Assembly: GCA_963808805.1 (NCBI GenBank)
Contig: CAWEGN010000011.1
Span: 34,583-98,582 of the forward strand
From: an uncultured Acidobacteriaceae bacterium
GTDB taxonomy: Bacteria; Acidobacteriota; Terriglobia; Terriglobales; Acidobacteriaceae
DNA length: 64,000 nt
Reading direction: 5' to 3'
Shown: piece by piece, positions 46,909 to 57,671 of the stretch
How the letters are laid out: each line of letters opens with the position of its first letter
How positions within the stretch are numbered: position 1 is the first letter of the stretch
Translations under genes and position numbers: made by a program
The notes under the pieces: model-generated
Databases searched by the model: none
Told to the model about the DNA's origin: nothing
Seen by the model: the letters and a program-made list of their open reading frames with translations, nothing else

Positions 46909-48264
46909 ATGACAAATCCGCATCGATTCTTGAAAGCTCCGGCGTTTCTTAGTCTCGTCGTTCTTGCATCCGCTCTCATCGCTCCCTCCGGCTCCGCCAA
47001 GTCCGTCCCCAAACAACCCGCGCCTGCCCAGCCCGTCCTCACCGGCCAGGCCGCCTTCACTGACGCGGCCCACGAGTCCCCCGGCATCCGCCGCCATCTC
47101 ACCGTCGCCGACCTGCCCGAGCCTGCTCCCGACCAGTCCGTCGATAACGGCCCGAACATTGTTCCCCGCCCCGCCAACGCATGGCCCGTCGCGCCCAAAG
47201 GCTTCAAGGTCGAGCTCTACGCAGCCAATCTCGACAACCCACGCCTCATCCGCTTCGCCCCCAACGGCGATCTCTTCCTTGCCGAAAGCGAAACCGGAAA
47301 AATCAAGGTCTTCCGCGGCGTCGACGCGAACGGCAATCCCCAACAAGCCTCCGTCTTCGCCGCCGGCCTGCACCAGCCCTTCGGCATCGCCTTCTATCCC
47401 CTCGGCCCCAATCCGCAGTGGGTTTACATCGGCGACACCGACGCCATCGTGCGCTTCCCCTACCACAACGGTGACCTCACCGCCCGCGGCCCCATGGAGC
47501 AGCTCGCCGAGCTGCCCGGCGGCGGACGTCTGCGCGGCGGCGGCCACTGGACCCGCGACCTCGCCTTCTCCCTCGAAGGCTCCAAACTCTTCGCCTCCGT
47601 CGGCTCGCACTCCAACGTCGACGACTCCGACACCCACCCCGAGGAATTCCACCGCGCCGACGTGCTCGAATTCACGCCCGAGGGCAAATTCGTTCAGGTC
47701 TACGCCTGGGGCCTGCGCAACTGCGTGGGCGAGGCCATCAACCCCATCACCGGCGAGCTCTGGTGCTCCACCAACGAGCGCGACGCCCTGGGCAACAACC
47801 TCGTCCCCGACTACATCACCCACGTCCAGGAGCACGGCTTCTACGGCTGGCCCTGGTTTTACATGGGCGGGCACTGGGATCCGCGCCTGCAGGGCAAGCA
47901 CCCTGAGCTGCGCTCCAAGGTCATCACGCCGGACATTCTGTTAGAGCCTCACTTCGCATCGCTCGAGATGACTTTTTATGAGGGCTCGCAGTTCCCCGCC
48001 GAGTTCAAGGGCGACGCCTTTGCCGCCGAGCACGGTTCCTGGAACCGTGCCCAGCGCGCAGGCTATGAAGTCATCCGCCTGCCCATGCGCAACGGCCACG
48101 CCACCGGCGAGTACGAGGACTTTTTGACCGGCTTCACCGTCGGCAGCGGCGACGGTGATGTCTGGGGCCGCCCCGTCGGCGTTGCCGTCGCCAAAGACGG
48201 CTCCCTCTTCGTATCCGACGACGGTTCCCGCTCCATCTGGCACGTCATCTACACCGGCAAGTGA
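46909..48264 (+). CDS. PQQ-dependent sugar (glucose/sorbosone) dehydrogenase-like beta-propeller
   Basis: Signal peptide after ATG 46909. FKVELYAANLDNPRLIRFAPNGDLFLAE and the later propeller repeats resemble the sorbosone dehydrogenase family (recollection). Confidence 0.6.
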   Translation: MTNPHRFLKAPAFLSLVVLASALIAPSGSAKSVPKQPAPAQPVLTGQAAFTDAAHESPGIRRHLTVADLPEPAPDQSVDNGPNIVPRPANAWPVAPKGFKVELYAANLDNPRLIRFAPNGDLFLAESETGKIKVFRGVDANGNPQQASVFAAGLHQPFGIAFYPLGPNPQWVYIGDTDAIVRFPYHNGDLTARGPMEQLAELPGGGRLRGGGHWTRDLAFSLEGSKLFASVGSHSNVDDSDTHPEEFHRADVLEFTPEGKFVQVYAWGLRNCVGEAINPITGELWCSTNERDALGNNLVPDYITHVQEHGFYGWPWFYMGGHWDPRLQGKHPELRSKVITPDILLEPHFASLEMTFYEGSQFPAEFKGDAFAAEHGSWNRAQRAGYEVIRLPMRNGHATGEYEDFLTGFTVGSGDGDVWGRPVGVAVAKDGSLFVSDDGSRSIWHVIYTGK

Positions 48265-48427
48265 CCGCGCCTTCCTCAACTCAAACGCGGGTTGCCTGTC
48301 AGCGATGGCCTCATGCATGCCGGCAAAAAAGCCTGCCTACACCAACCCTGCGAATTCGACTCCGCGCATTGAAAAGGCATGAAGCGCCTGAAGACACTGC
48401 CAGGGGGGGGATGCAAAGCGCGCCGCG

Positions 48428-48955
48428 CTACCGGCCCACGGCGGCCTCGATCGTCGAAAGCTTCTGCTGGATCTCTTTCACGCCAGCGGAGAAGAAGTGA
48501 CGTTCAATGGTCACCCTCCCTCCGGCCTGCAACTCGATCCGCAACTCGGCCGACACGGGAATCAGGTTGATTCGGTGCGTGAAGTGAATCAATTGCTTGA
48601 TCTCGTTCCAGCGAAGGTTGTACTCGACCAGCCGGAAACGCCCGAACCACCCCTGTTTGGGCAGGCGGATCGCGATCCCATCCGGCCCAACCTTGAAGTA
48701 GCAGTTCCGAGCCAGGGCGCTCACGATGCGCCCCAGTCCGCCGCTAACAAAGCAGAAGCCGGTAAACGACAGCGCCGCGCCCACCAGATACATCCACCAC
48801 ACCGGCATATCTCCCGGCTGGGTCGGTTTCATATCTCCGCCCCACGTGGCCCAGATGGCAATTGCTCCCATGAGCCCGATCAGCAATCCGAAAATCGTTC
48901 GCATCACGGCCAGCAGCACAATCCGCACCGGCGCATAGCTGGTCACGGTTTGCAT
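48428..48955 (-). CDS. Hypothetical membrane protein
   Basis: Start taken at MQTVTSYAPVRIVLLAV. Three hydrophobic segments, then a soluble C-domain. Confidence 0.5.
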   Translation of the reverse strand: MQTVTSYAPVRIVLLAVMRTIFGLLIGLMGAIAIWATWGGDMKPTQPGDMPVWWMYLVGAALSFTGFCFVSGGLGRIVSALARNCYFKVGPDGIAIRLPKQGWFGRFRLVEYNLRWNEIKQLIHFTHRINLIPVSAELRIELQAGGRVTIERHFFSAGVKEIQQKLSTIEAAVGR

Positions 48956-49116
48956 TCCCGTCGCGTCAAAGTTCTCCAAGCGCAGACCCTCCCTGAGATG
49001 GCTGCACACAGCGTATCCACAAAGTGACCCGCGCGGCAAGTTGCGACGGTGAAACGAGGCGCGCCGGCGCGGTAGTATATGGGTTGACCGCGGCGCTCGC
49101 GCGCGCGGAAAGAACG

Positions 49117-49344
49117 ATGTCCGCCCAGAAAAAATCCGCAAAGCTCCTGCATTGCCCCACCTGCGGCATGATTGTCCGCCCCCAGGACGAGGACTTCCCT
49201 TTCTGCAGCGACCGCTGCCGCAAGATCGACCTGGGCAAATGGGCGATGGGCGTATACAAGATCAGCTCGCCGGTCATCGATCCCGAAGTTCTTGAAGACC
49301 TCGGCGGCTTGGGCACAAATCGCGGCGGAGGCTCGCATGAATGA
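49117..49344 (+). CDS. yacG: DNA gyrase inhibitor YacG (zinc-finger)
   Basis: CPTCG..(x)..PFCSDRCRKIDLGKW. Confidence 0.8.
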   Translation: MSAQKKSAKLLHCPTCGMIVRPQDEDFPFCSDRCRKIDLGKWAMGVYKISSPVIDPEVLEDLGGLGTNRGGGSHE

Positions 49345-49849
49345 CATTTCCGTCCCGCCGGTCCAAGACCAGCCTTCAAAAAAGAGCGGATGGGCCTTCG
49401 CCATCGCCACCTTCTTCGGCGCAGGTTACTTGAAGCCCGGCCCGGGCACTTGGGCCTCGGCAGCGGCTGTTCTGCTCTGGGCCGGCGCGGCCTGGAGTTT
49501 GCGCCTCTCGGCGCATGGCCTCTTTTTGGTTTTGGCCATTGGCATCGCCCTTGCGCTGGTCTTCGGCATTCCCGCGGCCACCATCGCCGAGCGCGAAAGC
49601 GGCCGCCACGATCCCGGCTTCGTGGTTATCGACGAGGTCGCCGGACAATGGATCGCGCTGCTCGCGAGCCCCGCCGATTGGCGCCACGGCCTGATCGCGC
49701 TCGTGCTCTTTCGCCTCTTCGATATCGTCAAGCCGTTTCCCGTGCGGCGGCTGGAGAGGCTGCCTGCCGGCTGGGGCATCGTCTTCGACGATGTGGCTGC
49801 CGGCCTGTATGCTTTGCTTGTAGCGTCTATTTTGCGCATCTGGGTTTGA
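49337..49849 (+). CDS. pgpA: Phosphatidylglycerophosphatase A
   Basis: ATFFGAGYLKPGPGTWAS, VVIDEVAGQW, FRLFDIVKPFP. The start overlaps the yacG stop. Confidence 0.85.
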   Translation: MNDISVPPVQDQPSKKSGWAFAIATFFGAGYLKPGPGTWASAAAVLLWAGAAWSLRLSAHGLFLVLAIGIALALVFGIPAATIAERESGRHDPGFVVIDEVAGQWIALLASPADWRHGLIALVLFRLFDIVKPFPVRRLERLPAGWGIVFDDVAAGLYALLVASILRIWV

Positions 49850-49859
49850 TGGAACCTAT

Positions 49860-50909
49860 ATGGGTCGCACTTCCCCTCAATCCGCTGCTGGAACCACCCA
49901 GTTGCCCCGCGTTGACGACGTCGTTCCCTCGGCGGCTTTGCCCCACGGCGAAGTGGAACTGACAGGAGTGTTTCTCGGCCCCAACGGCTTTGGCCTGCCA
50001 TCCGTTTCAGTCGACGGCCATCCAGCCCGTGTACTGATGAGCCGGCCCACGCGCGTGGTTTTTCGCGTGCCGGAGCAAGCTTCTACCGGCCTGATTGAGG
50101 TCCGCACCCCGGTTGGGCTGGCCAACGCCGCGGGGTTGCGCGTAGCCCGCCAACTGAATGATGGACTGCACCCCGTCACCAGCCCCGCCGTCAGCCGTTC
50201 CGGGATGGTTTACGCGACGATCTCCGGCCCGCGCGGCAAGCAGACCACTGTTTCGGTAGTGCGCGTGAGCCCCGATGGCCGGGCCACTCCGTTCGTCACC
50301 GGGATCCTGAATGCGACCGGGCTGGCCTTCTCGCCCGACGGCGGCCTGTTTGTCACCTCGCGCGCCGAAGGCAACGTGTACCGCGTGGACGCGACCGGTG
50401 ACTTCACCGTCTACGCCGAAGGCATGGGGGTGGCGACGGGCGCGGCTTTCGACGCCGAGGGTAACTTGTATGTCGGCGACCGCAGCGGCACCATTTTCAA
50501 GATCAATACGGAGCGGAAGATCTTTGTCCATGCGACGCTTGAGCCGAGCGTAGCGGCATATCACTTGGCGGTAAACGCCACTGGCACGCTTTTCGTCACT
50601 GCGCCGTCTCTCTCCTCGAACGACGCCATTTGGGCAATCGAGTCAAACGGCGACACCCGCGTGTGGTACCGCGGTCTCGGGCGTCCGCAGGGCCTCGCCA
50701 TCTCCCGCGAAGGCGATGTCTATCTGGCTGCATGCCTGCATGGGCGGCATGGGTTGGTGCGTGTGACGCCCAAAGGCGAGGCGTCACTCGTCCTGGCCGG
50801 ATCGAACCTGGTGGGCGTTGCGTTTTCTCCTCTTGGCACAACGATCCTCGCCACCAACGACGCCGTTTATGATGTGAACCTGGGAGTGGAAGGACTGAGC
50901 CTGTTGTAG
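49860..50909 (+). CDS. IPT/TIG + NHL/SMP-30-like beta-propeller protein
   Basis: N-terminal Ig-like segment (GEVELTGVFLG..IEVRTPVG), then repeated ..G.AF...G.L.V.. blades. Confidence 0.5.
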   Translation: MGRTSPQSAAGTTQLPRVDDVVPSAALPHGEVELTGVFLGPNGFGLPSVSVDGHPARVLMSRPTRVVFRVPEQASTGLIEVRTPVGLANAAGLRVARQLNDGLHPVTSPAVSRSGMVYATISGPRGKQTTVSVVRVSPDGRATPFVTGILNATGLAFSPDGGLFVTSRAEGNVYRVDATGDFTVYAEGMGVATGAAFDAEGNLYVGDRSGTIFKINTERKIFVHATLEPSVAAYHLAVNATGTLFVTAPSLSSNDAIWAIESNGDTRVWYRGLGRPQGLAISREGDVYLAACLHGRHGLVRVTPKGEASLVLAGSNLVGVAFSPLGTTILATNDAVYDVNLGVEGLSLL

Positions 50910-51058
50910 CTTCCTGCAGCCGCCTTTCAGCCTCCAGCTTGTGTGGCGGAAATACAGGCGTTTCCGCCACTCCCCGAACCGATGCGGAAAAGCCGGGACG
51001 CGCTGGCAAAGCCCGCGTTGAGAGCATCGAGCGAGAAGCCAGGAGCTGATTGCTTTTT

Positions 51059-52303
51059 ATGAAAGCCGAAATCATCGCCGTCGGTTCTGAGATGCTCACA
51101 CAGTACCGGCAGGACACCAACTCCCTTTACCTCACAGAAAAGCTCAATGGAATCGGCGTCGCCGTCGCTTTCAAGACCGTGGTAGGCGACCGGCGCAAGG
51201 ATTTGGTCAACGCCATTCAGACGGCTCTTGGCCGCATCGACATTCTCATCCTGATGGGCGGTCTGGGCCCCACGGAAGACGATCTGACCCGCGAAGCCGC
51301 CGCCGAGGCTCTTTCGCTGACCCTCTGCCGCGACGCTAAACAGGTTGCTGCGCTTCATGCCCGCGCCGCTACGTGGCGCATTACCATGCCGCAGAACAAT
51401 CTGAAGCAGGCAGACGTATTGCAAGGAGCAACTCTGCTGTCCAATCCCAATGGCAGCGCTCCGGGCCAGTGGCTCAATATGACCTTCGGCGGTTATCGCA
51501 AGCTCGTGATGCTTCTGCCCGGACCACCCCACGAGTGTGGGCCGTTGTTTGACTCCGAATGCCTGCCGCGGCTGCGCCAAATCGTTCCTCCGCGGTTCAT
51601 CGCGGTGCGCACGCTGAAAGCCGCCATGATTCCCGAGTCGCAAGCCGATAAGCTGCTGGCTCCGATCTACACCGCGTACGCCGACGTCGAAACGACACTC
51701 CTGGCGCATACAGGCGATTTGCAGATCACGCTCGCGTGCTCCAAAGCGAACGCCGAGTCCGCCAGGGAGCGCGTCGATGAGCTGGCCGAACGTATCGAAG
51801 AGACCCTCGAAGACTGGCTTTACTCTTCGCAGGGGGATTCGCTGGAGCAGATCGTGCTCTACTATCTCGGGCTGCGCCAAGCCACGCTTGCCGTTGCCGA
51901 AAGCTGCACCGGCGGCTTAATCGCCCAACGCATCACCAGCGTTCCCGGTGCCTCGCGCTCGTTTCTCGGCGGCGTGGTTGCATACTCCGACGAACTGAAG
52001 ACCTCGTTGGCGGGCGTGCCGGCGGAGTTGATCGCGCAACACGGCGCCGTCTCCGCAGAGGTGGCACAAGCTTTGGCGCAGGGCATCCGCGCTCGCACCG
52101 GAGCAACGTTGGGTTTGGGAGTTACAGGCATCGCGGGTCCTGCAGGCGCCACCGAATCCAAGCCCCTGGGCCTCGTCCACGTTGCCGTGTGCGACGCACA
52201 GGGCGCCGGCACAGTGGAGCGTACCTTCCGAGGCGATCGCAACCGCGTTCGCGAATGGGCCGCGCAGCAGGCGCTCGACCTCGTACGGCGCAGGCTGATG
52301 TAG
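51059..52303 (+). CDS. cinA: CinA-family protein (MoCF-binding N-domain + nicotinamide-nucleotide amidase PncC domain)
   Basis: MKAEIIAVGSEMLTQYRQDTNS.., later LAVAESCTGGLIAQRIT. Confidence 0.88.
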   Translation: MKAEIIAVGSEMLTQYRQDTNSLYLTEKLNGIGVAVAFKTVVGDRRKDLVNAIQTALGRIDILILMGGLGPTEDDLTREAAAEALSLTLCRDAKQVAALHARAATWRITMPQNNLKQADVLQGATLLSNPNGSAPGQWLNMTFGGYRKLVMLLPGPPHECGPLFDSECLPRLRQIVPPRFIAVRTLKAAMIPESQADKLLAPIYTAYADVETTLLAHTGDLQITLACSKANAESARERVDELAERIEETLEDWLYSSQGDSLEQIVLYYLGLRQATLAVAESCTGGLIAQRITSVPGASRSFLGGVVAYSDELKTSLAGVPAELIAQHGAVSAEVAQALAQGIRARTGATLGLGVTGIAGPAGATESKPLGLVHVAVCDAQGAGTVERTFRGDRNRVREWAAQQALDLVRRRLM

Positions 52304-52419
52304 CAAGGGGATGATCGCCTTTGGCGCCCATCTAGGCATCACCGGGAAGCCTCCGACGGCGAACTACACAACTCTCTCACCCGTTCAGGGCTCGTGCGCG
52401 CCCGGCAAACCTGAGACCG

Positions 52420-52752
52420 CTACTTGCTGGCCCCGATCGGTTTGTAGCCCGATGTGCCCGCTTTCCTCAACGCCGACAATCCCTGCGCGATCATGAGCAG
52501 TGGAGTCGTTTTCACGGTCTTACATGAGCCGCCCGGGGCGGCTGCCAGCGCCAGCGCGGCGGCGCCTACGTTGTTCGGCATTTCGATGATCATCACCAGA
52601 TCGTAGTCGCCAAACGCCAGCCAGGACCCGATCGTCTTTCCGCCCAGCTTCTCAATCACCTTGCCCACAACTCCGCTGCGATCGTGCGGTTTCGCAATCA
52701 AAGCGCTCCACGCTTCAGAGGTGTACGACACCTGCACCAGATAGCTTGCCAT
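52420..52752 (-). CDS. GYD-domain protein
   Basis: 110 aa with the AFGDYDLVMIIE motif. Confidence 0.7.
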   Translation of the reverse strand: MASYLVQVSYTSEAWSALIAKPHDRSGVVGKVIEKLGGKTIGSWLAFGDYDLVMIIEMPNNVGAAALALAAAPGGSCKTVKTTPLLMIAQGLSALRKAGTSGYKPIGASK

Positions 52753-52925
52753 GGGGAATCACCTTTCAGGGAAAGTTTCCTTCTTTGGGGGATCGAAGGC
52801 TGACAAAGTATACATCCGCCCTTGCCGCTTTGGCGCATCCACCGTTCCATCGTGCTGCCTGCCCAGATCCTTGGCCACGCCGCCTGAGCTGCTGCGCTGG
52901 CTGCGGCCCAGCTAAAATCGTTTGA

Positions 52926-53621
52926 GTGGCCAACAAAACCAGCCGGAGATTCACCTTCGTACAGCGTCTGGCGCTGGCGGTGGTTCCGCGCGTGGTGTGG
53001 GCGCTGCTGTGGGTCGTGGGCCGAACGTGGCGCTTCGAGGTCATCGCCGAGGAAGGCGTCACGCCCATCCTCCTGGGCGAGAGGTCCCCAGCGAAGATCT
53101 TCTGTTTTTGGCATCAGTGCGTCCTGCCGTGCACGGTATATTTCCGTTATTCGCGCGCCATTATCCTCGTCAGCCGGAGCTTCGACGGGGAATTGATTTC
53201 GCGCATTTTGAAGAGGTTTGGCTACGATACCGTGCGCGGCTCCAGCTCGCGTGGCGCGCGCGAAGGGCTGTTGGGCCTGAAGCACGTGATCGAAAGCGGC
53301 CGCACGGCCATCTTTACCGCCGACGGCCCGCTCGGTCCGATCTTCCGCACTAAGATGGGCCCCATCATGCTCGCTACCATGACAGGCGCGCCCATCGGAG
53401 TCTTCCACCTCCAGCCCGAGCACGCCTGGACCATGCGTTCCTGGGATCGTTTCCTGGTGCCCAAGCCGTTCACGCGCATCGTAGTTAGCTGGGCGCAGTG
53501 GACTTGCGTTCCGGCGGATCTCGCCGAAGACCAATTCGAGCCCAAACGCGAGGAGTTGAACGCGGCCATCGAGAGCGCGCGCATCCGGGCGCTCAAGCAT
53601 CTCGGGAAGACCGTCGAATGA
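52926..53621 (+). CDS. DUF374 / lysophospholipid-acyltransferase-like protein
   Basis: CFWHQC...[31 protein letters not shown] pattern. GTG start. The stop overlaps the queA start. Confidence 0.65.
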   Translation: MANKTSRRFTFVQRLALAVVPRVVWALLWVVGRTWRFEVIAEEGVTPILLGERSPAKIFCFWHQCVLPCTVYFRYSRAIILVSRSFDGELISRILKRFGYDTVRGSSSRGAREGLLGLKHVIESGRTAIFTADGPLGPIFRTKMGPIMLATMTGAPIGVFHLQPEHAWTMRSWDRFLVPKPFTRIVVSWAQWTCVPADLAEDQFEPKREELNAAIESARIRALKHLGKTVE

Positions 53622-54709
53622 GCGGGCAACATACTGGTTTGCGCGTCGAAGATTTCGACTGCGATCTGCCCGAGGAGTTGATCGCGCAGCAGCCTCCCGC
53701 GGAGCGCGGCGCAAGCCGCATGTTGGTAATGGACCGTGCAACCGGCGCTTTGGTGGACGGCTCCTTCGCCAGTTTGCGAACATATCTGCGGCCGGGCGAC
53801 CTGTTGGTCCTGAACGAGAGCCGTGTGATTCCTGCGCGCTTGTTCGCGCGACGCACTTTACGCCGCGACCGCGAAAAGCCAACCGGCCGCATTGAGGTGA
53901 TGCTCACCGAGCCGGCGGGCAAAAACCAGTGGCGCGCGCTCGTGCGGCCAGGGCGCAAGATCGCCATTGGCGAACGGCTGGTCTTTCCGGCGGCGAACGG
54001 CGAGATCGTCCTCGAAGCCGAGGTTCTGGAGCGCGGTTTGTACGGCGAGCGGCTGCTTGAATTCGCTCCAGTGGACGATTTTTTTACTGTGCTGGAGCGC
54101 ATTGGCCACACGCCGCTGCCGCCGTACATCCACCGTGACGACGCGGATGCGGATCGCGAGCGCTACCAGACGGTATTCGCGCGCGAGCGTGGTTCGGTGG
54201 CCGCGCCCACGGCCGGGCTGCACTTTACGCCGCAGATGCTTGATGCGCTGGCCGGCAACGGAGTGGAGATCGCGCGCGTTACGCTGCACGTGGGGCTGGG
54301 TACATTCGCGCCGTTGCGAGTCGAGCGCGTGGACGAGGTGCGCCTGCATCGCGAGCGTTACACGATCGGCGAAGAGGCTGCCGGCGCGGTAAATCGCGCC
54401 GCCGCGGAGGGCCGCCGCATCGTAGCCGTCGGCACCACAGTGGTGCGCGCGCTGGAAGCCGCCGCGCTTGAGGCTGGCGGCGTGGGCAGGATCAAACCTC
54501 ATTGCGGAGCAACCGGGATCTTCATCTCGCCCGGCTTCACATTCCGCCTCGTCGGCGCACTGCTGACCAACTTCCATCTGCCCCAGTCGAGCCTGCTGAT
54601 GCTCGTGAGCGCCTTCGCGGGGCGCGAGCGCATTCTGGCCGCCTACGGGCACGCAATTCAGGAAAGATACAGGTTCTATAGCTATGGCGATTGCATGTTC
54701 ATCGCATGA
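53618..54709 (+). CDS. queA: S-adenosylmethionine:tRNA ribosyltransferase-isomerase
   Basis: [38 protein letters not shown]. Confidence 0.92.
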   Translation: MSGQHTGLRVEDFDCDLPEELIAQQPPAERGASRMLVMDRATGALVDGSFASLRTYLRPGDLLVLNESRVIPARLFARRTLRRDREKPTGRIEVMLTEPAGKNQWRALVRPGRKIAIGERLVFPAANGEIVLEAEVLERGLYGERLLEFAPVDDFFTVLERIGHTPLPPYIHRDDADADRERYQTVFARERGSVAAPTAGLHFTPQMLDALAGNGVEIARVTLHVGLGTFAPLRVERVDEVRLHRERYTIGEEAAGAVNRAAAEGRRIVAVGTTVVRALEAAALEAGGVGRIKPHCGATGIFISPGFTFRLVGALLTNFHLPQSSLLMLVSAFAGRERILAAYGHAIQERYRFYSYGDCMFIA

Positions 54710-54758
54710 TTTTTCAATCCCCGACGAGCGATCTCTGCTCCCTGTTAGACTCTGAATC

Positions 54759-57452
54759 GTGCCCGACCAGTCCCCCAAGCCGCCCGTCTTCCTGCTTGAC
54801 GCGATGTCGTTCATCTTTCGCGCCTATCACGCCATGCAGCACAGCCGGCCCATGTCTACGCGCTCGGGATTGCCGACGGCGGCGACTTACGTCTTCGTGA
54901 ACATGATCAAGAAGCTGCGCCAGGATTTTGCGCCAAAGTATTTCGCGGCGGTCTTTGACGTGAGCGGCGAAGTCTTCCGCGACGAGCGCGCCCGCTCCAT
55001 TGGGACGCTACGCCGGTGGAACAGCAAAACGCAGCGCTTCGAAGACGTGAGCTACGAGGGATACAAGGCCAAGCGCGAAGCCATGCCCGAGGATCTGCGG
55101 CGCCAGATTCCCTACATTCGCCGCGCGCTGGAAGCGCTGCGCATTCCCATTCTGCAGGCCGAGGGTTTTGAGGCCGACGATGTGATCGGCACCCTGGCGC
55201 GCGAAGCGGCCGAACAGGAGCACGAGGTCCTTATCGTCTCCGGCGACAAGGACATGATGCAGTTGGTCACGCCGCGGGTGAAGATTCTGAATCCGCAAAA
55301 GGACAACCTGATTCTCGATCCGGCCAAGGTTACGGAGGCGCTGGGCGTCCCGCCGGAAAAAGTGATCGACGTGATGGCGCTGCGCGGCGATTCCGTAGAC
55401 AACATTCCCGGAGCTCCGGGCATCGGCGACAAAGGCAGCGTAGATTTGATCAAGGAATTCGGCACGGTAGAGGCCGTGCTGGACCGCGCGGCCGAGGTCA
55501 AGCGCAAATCGTATCGCGAATCGCTCGAACAGAACCGGGACGCGGTTTTGCTGTCGAAGGATCTGGTCACGATCGACTGCCATGTGCCGCTGGAGCTGGA
55601 CCTGGGCGCAATGGAGACGCAGCCGCCGGACCTCGAGGCTTGCCGCGCGTTGTTCACCGAGCTTGAGTTCACATCGATGCTGCGCGATCTGGCTCCCGCG
55701 GAGGGCGGGGTTGCGGTTGAGCTGATCGAAGAGCCAACCGCCGGGCAAGCCGCCGCGTTTTACGGCGCTGCGCGTGAGCATGGATTTGCCTTTGCGCTGG
55801 ATGCGGCAGGGCCCCCTGCGGAGAATGCGGAAGACGAAGAACCGGCGGCGCGGTCATTGCTTGACGTCGCTGAGGCCGCTGAGAAAAAGACCAACTTCAG
55901 TCTGGGAGTCTGCGCCGATTCCGCTCGCGCACTGCGTCTGCCGCTCACGCCCGAACTGCGTGCACTTCTCGAAAACGCTGCCATCCCCAAGCGCGTTCAC
56001 GACTGGAAGCTCGCCCTTCACATTCTCGGCGAAATGGGCGTCGAACTGCGCGGCCCGGTGGACGACACCATGCTTCTCTCGTACGCGTTGAACCCCACGC
56101 ACGCAACGCAATCGCTGGCCGATGTGGCCGCGCGCAACGGTCAAGCGCCGCCATCGACGCTGCCTGCGTCGGCTGCGGCGATTCATGCGCTCGTTCCCTC
56201 CCTGCGTGAAGAGGCTGACAAAACCGGGGTTTTACGCGTTTACGCTGAAATCGACTTGCCTCTGGCGCCCGTGCTGTACCGGATGGAAAAAGCCGGCGTG
56301 CGCATTGACACGGGCGTGCTCGACGGGCTGTCCAGGCGTTTCAGCGTGGAGATTGGTCGAGTCGGAGAGCGGATTTTCGAGCTGGCCGGCGAGCGGTTCA
56401 ATATCAACTCGCCAAAACAGCTTGCAGTGGTGCTTTTCACAAAATTGGGGTTGCCCGCTCCGCCAAGCCGCGGGAAGACCAAGGCCGTTTCCACCGCGCA
56501 GGACGTACTGGAATTCCTTTCCGAAAAACACGAGGTCCCTCGCCTCGTCCTCGAGTATCGCCATCTGTCCAAGCTGAAGTCGAATTACGTTGACGCTTTG
56601 CCGCTGCTCGCCGATGCGCAGTCGCGTGTGCACACCACGTTTCAAGCGGCTGCCACGGCGACGGGCCGGTTATCGTCGGTCAATCCAAATCTGCAGAACA
56701 TTCCTGTGCGCACGGAGCTGGGGCGCGAGATTCGTGCGGCATTCACGGCCACGCCGGGCACGCAACTGCTTTCGGCGGATTACTCCCAGATCGAACTGCG
56801 GCTCCTGGCGCACTTCAGCGGCGACCCGCTTCTGAGTCGCGCCTACGCCGAAGGCATCGACATTCATACCTTGACGGCTAGCGAGGTCTTCGGTGTCCCT
56901 GTCGAGACGATGGAAAAGGAGACCCGCAATCGGGCCAAGGCGGTGAACTTTGGCATCGTGTATGGAATCTCGGCATTCGGGCTGGCCGCCCAGCTCGGTA
57001 TTCCACAGGCCGAAGCCAAGGCCTACATCGATCGCTATTTTGCGCGTTATCAAGGCGTCAAAGCGTTTATTGAACGAACCCTCGCCCAGACGCGCCGCGA
57101 GGGCTGCGTGCGCACCATGTTCGGACGAGTGCGGCCCATTCCGGACATTGAGAGCCGCAACCCCAACCAGCGGGGATTTGCCGAGCGCACGGCCATCAAC
57201 ACGCCGCTTCAGGGAACAGCCGCGGACCTGATCAAGCTGGCCATGATCTCTCTCGACCGCAAACTGACGGAGCGCAAGCTGAAAACGCGCATGGTCCTTC
57301 AGGTTCACGACGAGCTGTTGTTCGAGGTGCCGCTCGAAGAAAAGGACGAAGCCGCGGCGCTGGTGCGCGCGGAAATGGAAGGCGTCGTCAAGCTGAATGT
57401 ACCGCTCATCGCTGACCTGTCGTTTGGCCCCAACTGGAGCAATTTGAAGTGA
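54759..57452 (+). CDS. polA: DNA polymerase I
   Basis: 897 aa with a 5'-nuclease N-domain. Motif A DYSQIELR, motif B RNRAKAVNFGIVYG, motif C LQVHDELLFE. GTG start. Confidence 0.95.
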   Translation: MPDQSPKPPVFLLDAMSFIFRAYHAMQHSRPMSTRSGLPTAATYVFVNMIKKLRQDFAPKYFAAVFDVSGEVFRDERARSIGTLRRWNSKTQRFEDVSYEGYKAKREAMPEDLRRQIPYIRRALEALRIPILQAEGFEADDVIGTLAREAAEQEHEVLIVSGDKDMMQLVTPRVKILNPQKDNLILDPAKVTEALGVPPEKVIDVMALRGDSVDNIPGAPGIGDKGSVDLIKEFGTVEAVLDRAAEVKRKSYRESLEQNRDAVLLSKDLVTIDCHVPLELDLGAMETQPPDLEACRALFTELEFTSMLRDLAPAEGGVAVELIEEPTAGQAAAFYGAAREHGFAFALDAAGPPAENAEDEEPAARSLLDVAEAAEKKTNFSLGVCADSARALRLPLTPELRALLENAAIPKRVHDWKLALHILGEMGVELRGPVDDTMLLSYALNPTHATQSLADVAARNGQAPPSTLPASAAAIHALVPSLREEADKTGVLRVYAEIDLPLAPVLYRMEKAGVRIDTGVLDGLSRRFSVEIGRVGERIFELAGERFNINSPKQLAVVLFTKLGLPAPPSRGKTKAVSTAQDVLEFLSEKHEVPRLVLEYRHLSKLKSNYVDALPLLADAQSRVHTTFQAAATATGRLSSVNPNLQNIPVRTELGREIRAAFTATPGTQLLSADYSQIELRLLAHFSGDPLLSRAYAEGIDIHTLTASEVFGVPVETMEKETRNRAKAVNFGIVYGISAFGLAAQLGIPQAEAKAYIDRYFARYQGVKAFIERTLAQTRREGCVRTMFGRVRPIPDIESRNPNQRGFAERTAINTPLQGTAADLIKLAMISLDRKLTERKLKTRMVLQVHDELLFEVPLEEKDEAAALVRAEMEGVVKLNVPLIADLSFGPNWSNLK

Positions 57453-57570
57453 AAGCGTCACTGGGATTCCCTGCCTGCCGTATCGGCGGAAGGTACGCCG
57501 CAATCGGACGAAAGACACTCCGGCGGTGAACAGGGGCAGGGACAGGGCTTCCGTCGCCTCAAAAGAGGCA

Positions 57571-57609
57571 CTTGCATACTTATACGGCAATGATGTATAT
57601 TTATTCAGT
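57571..57609 (+). promoter_or_regulatory. Putative tandem ARG boxes (ArgR operator) upstream of argR
   Basis: Box 2, GATGTATATTTATTCAGT (57592-57609), matches TNTGAATWWWWATTCANW at most positions. Box 1, CTTGCATACTTATACGGC (57571-57588), is weaker. A 3-bp spacer separates them. Confidence 0.45.
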
Positions 57610-57671
57610 CCTGATTTCGTTTGCCGGACTGTACGGTGAATTGGCTCCGGCGGGCCTCGGAAATTGATAAG

